DNA of 64,000 nucleotides from Eledone cirrhosa. Lineage: Eukaryota. The position numbers and the translations under genes were made by a program. Shown here piece by piece: positions 53,801 to 64,000 of the stretch; the stretch's first letter is position 1; each line of letters begins with the position of its first letter. The notes beneath the pieces are model-generated. The model made no database searches, had not been told where the DNA came from, and saw only the letters and a list, made by a program, of their open reading frames with translations. The stretch spans positions 28,272,001 through 28,336,000 of the forward strand of contig OZ024752.1 in the NCBI GenBank assembly GCA_964016885.1, in the 5' to 3' direction.

Positions 53801-55233
53801 CAGTAATGCACTGGCATAATTGCTGGCCTTGTGCCAAATGTAAAAACAATTATTACATATACACGTATCCAAATGTGTTACATTCTAACAAGATAATTAC
53901 ATTTTCATAGTGCCATTACTTACCTGTGAATGAAATAGGAAATCAATCGCCCGGTGATTAAAAATAATTCATTGGATATTTTCTTTCTTTTTCTATTATT
54001 TCCTCCTCCCCTACATAGTCTGAACAACGCATGAGATACAGGGAAACCTGCCGTAGAATTCTTCCATTCATGGAAAGAACTTTGGATATGTACAATGGTG
54101 GCAGCCAATACTTCTTGGGTGATCAGGTAAGAAAATATTTTATTTTGTATGTATTTTAATTTACTCCTTGATGCTGGGAAACACCTCTTCAACAAATAAA
54201 ATCAGTTCGGTGAGAACGATCTTCGTCTTGTGTTTATAGACGAAGCCATCGCATGTGGGTTACATTCAAAGCATTGGCAAAACTTATCCAAGGCAAATGA
54301 TCGAATCTAGTTTAACGATAAAATTATATTATGTCTTACTTTTCATCGCTATTTAACGTATGTTTGTTACTCTAAGATGTAACCTATCGCTTTATCGATA
54401 CATTCTTATTGAGTGCTTCATGCAAGCTCCTAATTATTTTTTCGCGGATGTTGGCCGACTGCCACAACTTCGATTTTACTAACCGTCCACTCTTATATAT
54501 ATATACAAGGGTGAAAGCGGCTATTCTTTGCTTAAACTTTAATCTGTTATTTTAATAAATATTTTCTCTAGAGTTCTTATATATTTGATATATATTTATT
54601 CTTATCGAGCCCTCTTTGGATTTTAGTCTTCAAATTTATTATTATTACTATATATATAGGTTGTGAGTTCCACAATACTGAAGAGTGATTCTTAATCATA
54701 TCAAATGTCCACATGGTAACCTTTATTTATCAGATTAATAAACGTCATCCCAGGTTTTAAGACCACATCATCCAATGAGTCCTACCAATTTACAGATCAA
54801 GCATTGCGTAACACCGCGAAACGCTAAATATTTTGGAAGTCATATCGAAAAGACGATGCTTTAAATAATAGTGTCCCACAGTTTATTGAATAACGCATGC
54901 CTCCTAAATATATGAAGCGAAAATATTACGAGACATTTGATATAATTTGATATAATCATTTGATCTATCGATATCCGTTGATATATTATACTATTGTTAT
55001 TTAATTACATACATATCTATCAAAATTTATTATGAATATCGATTAAAATATAACTGTTCGTAATAGAATATAATTATTGAAATATTAAGTAGTGTGCAAG
55101 ACTCAATTTCATATTTTTAATATGAATTAAAACGAGCCATTAGAAATTTACACCATACACAGCAGTTGCGTTACTCACAAGTATACATTCATGAATAAGA
55201 CTATCCAAATCTGTCAGAACTATGCCACATCTA

Positions 55234-55310
<77 letters not shown>

Positions 55311-56030
55311 TGTTCTAGTTTCCTTGAAACATTGTTGAATAGGTAACACAAGCTTAAATGATTTTGAAAACCATACAATGCACTAGAAAATATTTGGGTT
55401 ATTAAATTTGCTAAGGTAAGATTCTTCCGTTATCTTACCAATTTTTAATTTTCTTTCTACTGCATTGTATGGTTTTCAAAATTATTCAAATTTGTTTTTC
55501 ATATATATATAATATATATATATAACGAAATAGACTTGTTAGTACGCTTATATCCTAGACACATATGTGCACCTGCACTTACACCCATATACATACACAT
55601 ACACACACAATCTCACGACCCTGTGACAAACATGCGAAACTGTAGAATAGGATGACTCACTATTTAGCCTTAATACAATGAATATGTATATATATATGTG
55701 TGTGTGTATGTGTATATATATGTGTGTGTGTATGTCTATATGTGTGTGTGTATGTCTGTGTATCTCGGTTCAAGAATATAAAAGTTCTCAGATTGTTTAT
55801 TCCAAACTAGATTCACTGAACGAATCCCTCTTCTATTTATTCATGTTTCAATTTTAATTTTTCAGATGTCCATGGCTGATATGATGTGCTACTGCGCTCT
55901 TGAGAACCCACTTATGGACGAACCATCAATGCTCAGCAGCTACCCCAAACTGATGGCACTGAGAAACCGTGTAATGAACCACCCCAAGATGTGCAACTAC
56001 CTGAAGAGACGATGCCGTACCGACTTCTAA
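47209..56030 (+). CDS. S-crystallin (GST sigma-derived lens crystallin), gene 2, 6 exons, 216 aa
   Basis: join(47209-47341,51113-51208,52041-52156,52608-52640,54019-54126,55866-56030) = 651 nt, all introns GT-AG. Translation: [216 protein letters not shown]. Confidence 0.95.
49033..49097 (+). ncRNA. Minimal type I hammerhead in intron 1 of gene 2 (sense strand)
   Basis: tattttgt CTGATGA aag-t-acacca..tggtgt-c-ctt GAAA tatgta TA atgaaata; same family as 39079-39139. Confidence 0.65.
50319..50361 (-). ncRNA. Minimal hammerhead candidate (degenerate)
   Basis: Minus: guca CUGAAGA g gucaca-gaaug-ugugac GAAA gaac UU ugac. Confidence 0.5.
51113..51208 (+). CDS. S-crystallin gene 2 exon 2
   Basis: ttctAG acceptor, 96 nt, GTAAGG donor. 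Confidence 0.95.
51372..51998 (+). mobile_element. Three tandem tRNA-derived SINEs filling intron 2 of gene 2
   Basis: Copies at about 51372-51588, 51597-51788 and 51794-51998, each preceded by tattattcg. Confidence 0.85.
52041..52156 (+). CDS. S-crystallin gene 2 exon 3
   Basis: ttccAG acceptor, 116 nt, GTACGC donor. Confidence 0.95.
52435..52533. mobile_element. Small Tc1/mariner-type MITE
   Basis: TA|CAAGGTGTGCCAAAAAATGTATACAC ... TGTGTATATATATTTGGAGACACCTTG imperfect terminal inverted repeats. Confidence 0.6.
52608..52640 (+). CDS. S-crystallin gene 2 exon 4 (33-nt micro-exon, [11 protein letters not shown])
   Basis: tttcAG acceptor, GTAAGT donor, phase 0-0. Confidence 0.9.
52741..52929 (-). 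mobile_element. tRNA-derived SINE
   Basis: Same family. Confidence 0.85.
53670..53853 (+). mobile_element. tRNA-derived SINE
   Basis: Same family. Confidence 0.82.
54019..54126 (+). CDS. S-crystallin gene 2 exon 5
   Basis: catAG acceptor, 108 nt, GTAAGA donor. Confidence 0.95.
55866..56030 (+). CDS. S-crystallin gene 2 exon 6 (to stop)
   Basis: ttcAG acceptor, [10 protein letters not shown]...RCRTDF TAA. Confidence 0.95.
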   Translation: MSMADMMCYCALENPLMDEPSMLSSYPKLMALRNRVMNHPKMCNYLKRRCRTDF

Positions 56031-56240
56031 GTTGAATGCGATTATCTGACCAACGAGAGTCCATTACATTACAGAATTAAAATGAATTCTTAAGAGATTT
56101 TGACTGAGTATATATATATTGGTGTATATATATATGTATACACCAGGGATTGGTACAAATCTAAATATTGAACTTTATTCCCAATATATATATTTAGATA
56201 TTGTTAAAATGAAATTGTATCTTTTGATTTGATTAATCAA

Positions 56241-56246
56241 AATAAA
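56241..56246 (+). promoter_or_regulatory. Polyadenylation signal, gene 2
   Basis: AATAAA about 210 nt after the stop, T-rich downstream. Confidence 0.65.
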
Positions 56247-56745
56247 ATACGTTGAAGAATTCAATTCTTATTTTTTGTTTTCTATTCATATTTAAAATTG
56301 TATTGGCTTTCTTGTACTTCTCACTGTATAAACGTCTGCTATAAAATAGAATCTGACTGGTTTACAAATATTATTACTTCTGGTAGAAATTTGGGGAAAG
56401 AAAACAACGAACAAAGAAACTTTGTAACTGAAGACATCACCTTCAGCGGCGATCATGGGTACTCGTATGGGTCTTGTAGGATTCATCTCCTCTCCACGCT
56501 ATGCAGACTTCCACTAAAGAAGAGATTATGGGCCAAAAGATGATGTAGTTAACCTTGGAAGTAGAAAGGGAGTACAAATTAGATTGACCACTGTTTTCTT
56601 AGATTACATGTTTTCTTAGAGTTAATATTGCACATCAGATGGCAATGCTAGATGTTGACTCGGCAACACACCAATTGCAACTCAAAATTCAGGACGGAGC
56701 ATACAGTTACTAAATATGTTAAAGAATCAGGACCCGACGGCTGAG

Positions 56746-56777
<32 letters not shown>

Positions 56778-56778
<1 letters not shown>

Positions 56779-56972
56779 GAAAGATTCAGGACCCCGTCGG
56801 CTGAGCTCCTATCGTTTCAACAGCTAGATCCGAATAGTTCGTATCTAGCCGTTGAAACAGCAGGAGCTCAGCCGTCGGGGTCCTGAATTTTTCATATTAC
56901 CCACACTACTACCCCAACTATCGTGTACTCTCGTGAGTAATGGTTTAACTGGTTTCTACCGCTTTCATTCTG
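56778..56972. mobile_element. Head-to-head PLE terminal fragment (family related to PLE C) with two inverted hammerhead 3' halves
   Basis: ttcaggaccccgtcggctgagctcct..ctagatccgaa / ttcgtatctag..GAAAcagcaggagctcagccGTCggggtcctgaa. Confidence 0.65.
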
Positions 56973-57040
56973 ATATATATATATATATAAAATAAAATTA
57001 AATAAAAAAGTCAAATGTTTAAAATTTAGCTTCGTTTATT

Positions 57041-57095
57041 ACTGCTATATATATTTCGGTGACAGCCATCTTTGGCTGTGACCTCTTCAGGCAGT
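57041..57095 (-). ncRNA. Minimal type I hammerhead ribozyme, canonical core
   Basis: Minus: acugc CUGAAGA ggu-c-acagcca-aaga-uggcugu-c-acc GAAA uauaua UA gcagu. Perfect stem I and palindromic stem III. Confidence 0.8.
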
Positions 57096-57190
57096 CCGAA
57101 TTAGTGTGGTATAGACAAGTACATATGTTGTTGAGTTCGAGTGCTCCTATTTGCATACTGAGGTGTTGGTATACAACCAACATATACTAA

Positions 57191-57230
<40 letters not shown>

Positions 57231-57465
57231 AAGTATATATATATAAAGTAAGTAGGATCGAATTCTCTGTTGCAGGATATATATAAACTTTATTGGCATA
57301 TTACAATCGTATCAATATCGATCAGCGCAGGGTACAATCATACAAACCAACACGAGACGGATCTTGCAGCGCCTGAAACTGTAGTTTCACACTTAACTAA
57401 CTCTCACACACACACACACACACACACATACACATACACACACACACATACATACATAGTTTAGT

Positions 57466-57508
<43 letters not shown>

Positions 57509-57519
57509 TCTCTCTCTCT

Positions 57520-57564
<45 letters not shown>

Positions 57565-57571
57565 ATCTCTC

Positions 57572-57655
<84 letters not shown>

Positions 57656-57725
57656 CAAAGAGAGAGCGAGAGATAAAAAGAGAGAAAGACTTAACTAAAC
57701 CTTTTAGAAGGTTTAGTTATGTTTA

Positions 57726-57827
<102 letters not shown>

Positions 57828-60452
57828 GAATGTAAAAACGATATTGTCTTTGAATATATTACACATAATATCCACTTTCCTGTTGCAAAATATTTATTGT
57901 CTATTTAATTACCCCTCCGATCAATATGGATTATACATATTAGATTGTTCATTTCAGTTTTATTCTATTTGGTGTTTGATATAATGGCGTTTGAATGTAG
58001 CTAAGTTTGTGAACATAGAGATAAATGAACTTATCTAATGAACGGAGAATTAATCGTAAAATGTCATTTCTGTGTACATAGAGAGTAACAAAAGGATCTT
58101 CAAAGTTATACCTCATATCTAAAGTTTACCTTACGTTTTCTAATTTATTCTGTGATGTGTTTAGTCTGAGAATAACTTTACAACTTTAAAGACAACGATG
58201 ATTCCTCTAATGTTGTTAAAAGATTATCTTCCATATCATCCTTATTCGATTACTTTCTTCCTTCTTTTAGATTTCAGCTCGAGATCAATATTTATTTCTT
58301 GTTGATAACTGTGCTCCAAATAATTTTATCATGAGTAACACACTCTGATTTTGATGGATCAGTATGGCATACTTTCAAGATGCTCATACAGTCATCTTTT
58401 AAACACAGTTTGGGTCTTTCTCGTCTCCAAGCTTCTCGAAAAGCACATAGAATGGCAGCTTTGGCTTCATTTTAGTCCCTATACGTTTAACCCTTTAACA
58501 TTTACATTAATCTATAGTATTTTCATGGTAAAGTCTTTACCTCACGTAGTTACCTCACATAATATCGAATCTATGAAATATTATTCATTTTGAAAACAAT
58601 GCTTTAACTTTAATATGAGTGGCCAGTTACAGCCAGTTTGAACAGAAAGAGGTGAGAGAAATCTGGCCGGATACAGCTGGTTTAAATGCTAAAGGGTTAA
58701 CATGTACTAGCCATCTTAGTAGCCGTCTACACATGGTTGTTGACATCGCTCGCGAATGTTGCGCTAGCTTAAGCTTTTTGGTGTTAGTGATATTATCTTG
58801 TCAAGAGTTATTTAGGATATGAGAAATCCATTTTTTTTTTAGTAATGGAATGAAGTTGGATTTTTCGTGTATGGTAAATCGGCTGACTAGAAACCATATT
58901 GCATATACTGAAAGTGCAAGTCTCCTAGATTCTAACATGTGTCTTTATAGTCAACATTATATGGCTGTTTGAGAAGAGAAGTGAGAAAGAGATGTAGAGG
59001 AAGAATCGACTCCAGTACTTGACTGGTACTTTTTTGTCGACCTGGAATAGATGAAAGGCAAATTTAACCTCTAAGTAAAAGCCTAAAATAAATCAGTTAC
59101 ATTTATATGAAGATCACGAACGAGTAACATCAAATAACAAACTCATTATTCAACAAATTATCTCATTGTTTTCGCTTAATTGCACTTCGTAGAATTAGGA
59201 AACAACAATGATGTATACAATGTTCTATACAGACTCAAACATTAAGTCAATTCCGACATACAAGAACCCAACAGCTCAACCAATTACCTAACACCTCAGG
59301 CTAGAGTGAGTAATTGAATAACAATTATTGAAAATTAAACTATTGGGGAAAAACAACACGTTGATTTGATAATGAACAACATATTGATTTGATAACTGTT
59401 GAAAAAAGAACACGTTGATTTTATAATGTAATGACCTATGTCAGTTTTAACAAGTATTCCAAGTGATCGATCAACGGAACTGCCTACTCATGAAATTAAC
59501 ATGTATGGTGACTGAGCATTTTATAAATGTGTCTACTCTTAACGAACTTCATAAGAAGATCCAGGTTCACGCATTGTGTGACAAGAATGGCCCTTTGAAT
59601 TGCAGCTAGAGACCATCCGACGAGCTTCTAAACAGTTGTTTCTCTAACCAATTCTACTCAAAAGGCATGGAATTACCCGTGGCTGTGGTAAAGGTACTCT
59701 ATGCAAGATGGAATTACCCGAAACTGTGGTAAATAGCCCCTATCCAAGATGCCAAGCAGTGAAGTGGAAAATAAAGTCTTATAAAGCGTTGAGAAAACTA
59801 CACTAAAAAATGACATATGCCTGCATGTATCCTTCTTTAGACTTTCTCTGATACTTGAATTTATTTCCACCTAGATAAGTTCAATAGTTAAGAGATTCCT
59901 GAGAAATCGTGTTGATTTTTTCCCGGATATGATTGCATATTGGGTTAGATTTATTTTGTATTAGCTGAGTTACCCGGCTTCGCCCAGGAGAACAGTTAAG
60001 AGAAGATGAATAAAAGATAACACGTCTGTATTGGATGTGTTGTCTGGTATGAGGTGAGACCGTAATGTGTGGGTGAGTGTGTGTGTGTGCCTGTGTGTGT
60101 GTCTGTGTGTGTAGTTTTCGTGTGATTCAACCAACCAACCAACCAATATAACATGTATAGATATTTTATATAAATTTGATTTCATTGCTGCTTTCAGTTT
60201 CGACTTCTTAAATAGATCTCTCAATCTCCCAATAAATCTACAACTACGCCTCCACTAACATGGATATATGGCTGAAGTTATCACAAACAATTTGAATAAT
60301 TTCCCACTTCTCCATAGAAACAGGTGACACATGATCGTATGGCATATCTGTCTTATGATAATATCTAGGTTCTACTTTACTTAAGTATGGAATATTAGAT
60401 TTAATTAGTGTGAATAATGATATTACAGGTCTTAATTAGTTCGTTCTCTCTC

Positions 60453-60531
<79 letters not shown>

Positions 60532-60545
60532 TATATGTATGTATG

Positions 60546-60601
<56 letters not shown>

Positions 60602-60604
<3 letters not shown>

Positions 60605-63213
60605 TTAATTGTACTATTTATTGTTATGAAAATACAAAAACCTTTAGCAGTTATATGTATTTTTTATACAAACCCTAAATAGTGGTAGGCAGTAATGTAT
60701 TACTAGCTTATTACCAGTAAGTTAAGTAGCTCAATGTAAAAACACCAGATGATTTACAGAGCAGTTATATGAAATATAAGAATCAAAGAACTGTTCAAAA
60801 CATTATTGTGCTTACAGCTGTTTCCTCCAAACCGAGGTTTGGATTCTTCGGAGCAATTTATTAATGAATGGACAGTTATATGACCTCCTTTTCAGCCAAG
60901 AGACATACCGATACATATGCAAATATTGTGGGTCAACATTCATTACAGCATTTAGAGTGGCAGTACACACTTCGAGATTACATTTATAATAAAAGGTACA
61001 ATCAAAAATCAAAAATACAGGTTAAAATACAACATGAAGATAAGCGGTTATATAGTGCAAATGTTATATGTGTGGCAAGCACGTGCGTCTTGTTTATATA
61101 GTGTGGCAGAGAGATATGTGTGGTAGGAGCACTTAGGTAGGTAAAGAAGAGTGTTAGGTTGGTTGATCTGGTGGGAAATTCTTTATATGATTGTTATAGT
61201 CTGTGTGTGGAGAAAAGATATAAGCATTAAAAATAGTGCAAGCTTTAAAAGTATTAAACGTATTGGAGATGCACAGCGAAGGGATGACAAGGACCTCATG
61301 TACTTCGACATTTTCATGGTCAGGGGAGTGTATTCTTCGATTATATGCCCCTCACATAATCCACGGCAATTCTATATTGAGCGTTTGACAATCCAGTTAG
61401 AGAATCGTAGTCCGATGTTCTTTAGTTCAATACAGGAGGCTGTTACGTTTCGCGAAACGACATTGAATACTACCCGGAAGTGTGTGTGTGGCTAAGGGGA
61501 GTTAATGCATGAGGGGAGGTAACTCCGGGGTTTCTATACCTAGCTATTGAAATGTCTCAATATAGACCCTAATTTCTATGGTTATGCGCAACTTCCAAAA
61601 GATTCCTAAAGCATAAAGTGTTTTAACTATAAGTAGTTTATTAAGTTGTGCTGAAGGTGTTCGTATTATTATGGTGAATTAACCCCCATCCTAGGGTGCT
61701 CCAAATGAATATTATAGGTGATGAGCGAGGATTCTAAATTAATGATCCCTGTGGTTGTACCCTACTCATAGGACCAGGCGCGGTGATTGCAGAATCACTT
61801 CAAGACACAATGATCTCTGGTAAGTTCTGGGTCATCGCTTGCTACATTGGATGTCGAAAGGTAATCATCATCAGGGCCGGCCAGAGGTCAATCCGCAGTC
61901 CTCATGACCCCACTCTGACCATCAAATCATCCATATAAGTACAACCCGCACGGCAGTTGCAATACATTCATTCTCTGCACTCAGCGTCCTGGTCCTACTG
62001 CTCAACAGCGTAACTAGATTAAATCGTTTTTCATCTGTCTAAGGAAGGCACTTCCTCCGCACAACACCACCAAAACTAATCAATTCATGCTTAAATTACC
62101 TATAGAGCGGTGTAGTGCAGTTCAGGTGGGTGGATGTTGTCACCCCTAACGTAGAGGCATAAATGGGTATTCTCCCAGCGAAGGGTTCCGGAGGGATGTC
62201 GTAGTTTGTGTTATATTAGATCAGTTAGTGTTGTGTATGTGGTATAAGGTGTGCCCCTGGTGTTTGATGCTAGATGTGGTGTTTGGTTCAAGTCCGACAT
62301 TGCTATATATTGGGCTTAAAGTTTTGGAAGGAATGTCTGAAGCGGTGCTGGCAAGTTGCAAACACCTCAGATTTTTTGTTAAGTAGGTTACGGTTGGAGA
62401 AGATAATGTTGTGGGTCTCTAGTATACAGAGGTTACAGAATTTATTAGGTGGTTTGTACGAAGTCGCGCTGCCTATCACTTCCCATTTGAGTGTGTATGG
62501 TTTATTTTTAGTTTTTAGATAGTGTATGTAGCTAGATAGTGAGGTGGAGTTGGCTAGGCTGTGCTTTTTGAACGAGTGGATGTGCGAATTATATCTGATT
62601 TTGAAGCTGTTAGAAGTGGAGCCTACATAGGTTTCTGAAGAGTTGCTAGTTGTGACGGTGCATGAGTATATGATATCCTTGGTTAGGCATTTTTTATCCA
62701 AAGGGCAGGTTCTATTAGCTCTACAGTTACAATTATCCTGTGTGTTAGTCTGCTGGTTATAATGCAGTGCAGAAGTCTGGGTGGTAGCTATAGGATTTTG
62801 GACATTCGGGTTGTCAACCCCGGTGTTATTTCTTATACTAGTGTTATTTCTATTGTTACTGCCGTTACTATGGTTGCTTGCTACAGAGGTATTTAGAAGG
62901 TTTGGATTCTGTTGTGATTTCGTTTGTTGGAAGTAAGAATTAATTTTATTTTTATTGCTGCTAGCTATGTGGTATGCTAAGTTAGGCGTCGTAGAGTATG
63001 AGATTTTAATAGTGTTTTTGTTTAAAAGGTTGTGGTACTTGTGTCCTAGAGGGAAATGTTTATCTAGTAGTGAGAAGAAAGCCCTAGGTATGTTGGTGGA
63101 GACATTTAGGTTGAAAGGAGGGTTGAAAAATGTATTATTTCTTCTTCTATTTTTGCTTTTAGTGTTTGGTGTGTTGTTTCTTCTTACGGCACCACAGTAG
63201 TTTCCGTGGTAAT
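60602..63213 (-). mobile_element. Penelope-like element remnant E (GIY-YIG, Naiad-like) with long 3' region
   Basis: FFNPPFNLNVSTNI..HFPLGHKY..IKISYSTTPN, CNCRANRTCPL, IIYSCTV..YVGST..FKIRY, CNLCILE..LLNKKSE. The left boundary is approximate. Confidence 0.82.
60809..60855 (-). ncRNA. Minimal type I hammerhead (PLE E), U4C core change
   Basis: Minus: ugcu CCGAAGA a-uccaaacc-uc-gguuugga-g GAAA cagcug UA agca. Confidence 0.6.
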
Positions 63214-64000
63214 ATTAAACTCTATCAATATTAAACTCTATCTCTAATGGGGTATCCAATAGAATCGCTAGCCTGTCCTATGAGGCAAACATATTTAGCA
63301 AAGACTCACAATATTAAAATCAAACATTAGCTAGATCCGGCCATAATATAGAAATTGAGTTCCTACCTAAGAAAACACATAGCTACAACATCATCTCGCA
63401 CAATATGTCCATGAGGAAACCTAATAATAGGAATAGCAACCACAAGTACACCAAAGCGGAGGGTGCCACCGGAAGTAACCATTACCACGGAAACTACTGT
63501 GGTGCCGTAAGAAGAAACAACACACCAAACACTAAAAGCAAAAATAGAAGAAGAAATAATACATTTTTCAACCCTCCTTTCAACCTAAATGTCTCCACCA
63601 ACATACCTAGGGCTTTCTTCTCACTACTAGATAAAAACTTCCCTCTAGGACACAAGTACCACAACCTTTTAAACAAAGACACTATTAAAATCTCATACTC
63701 TACGACGCCTAACTTAGCATACCACATAGCTAGCAGCAATAAAAATAAAATTAATTCTTACTTCCAACAAACGAAATCACAATAGGATCCAAACCTTCTA
63801 AATACCTCTGTAGCAAGCAACCATAGTAACGGCAGTAACAATAGAAATAACACTAGTATAAGAAATAACACCGGGGTTGACAACCCGAATGTCCAAAATC
63901 CTATAGCTACCACCCAGACTTCTGCACTGCATTATAACCAGCAGACTAACACACAGGATAATTGTAACTGTAGAGCTAATAGAACCTGCCCTTTGGATAA
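63214..64000 (+). mobile_element. Second, inverted copy of PLE E running off the window
   Basis: 63481-64000 is the near-exact reverse complement of 62694-63213. Confidence 0.85.

Noticed and set aside
54670-54837. CTGAAGA...GAAACGCT hammerhead-like arrangement in intron 5 of gene 2
   Set aside because: Stem III and the cleavage triplet are not reconstructable; too degenerate.
59962-59992. Helitron/Helentron-like 5' motif (tagctgagttacccggcttcgcccagg)
   Set aside because: Short resemblance only; no matching 3' end was identified with confidence.

Overview
Eukaryotic genomic DNA, almost certainly octopus (coleoid cephalopod), AT-rich and full of (TA)n/(CA)n/(GA)n microsatellites; most ORFs in the supplied track are microsatellite artefacts. 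The window holds two complete, tandem, + strand six-exon S-crystallin genes (GST-sigma-derived lens proteins): CDS 10536-20819 (215 aa) and 47209-56030 (216 aa), each with a 30/33-nt micro-exon encoding the crystallin loop. The rest is transposon-derived: RTE-like and Tx1/L1-like LINE fragments, many tRNA-derived SINEs, Tc1/mariner-type MITEs and at least five distinct Penelope-like elements (PLEs, GIY-YIG endonuclease). The main hidden signal is RNA structure. About 15 type I hammerhead ribozyme motifs were found by eye, and each of the five PLE ORF remnants has one downstream on its sense strand. Two PLE families carry the compensated U3-A8 core (UUGAUAA, UUGAAAA) instead of CUGAnGA. Several tiny head-to-head inverted insertions begin at or next to the predicted cleavage site. 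Folds, family assignments and repeat boundaries were made by eye and need computational confirmation.
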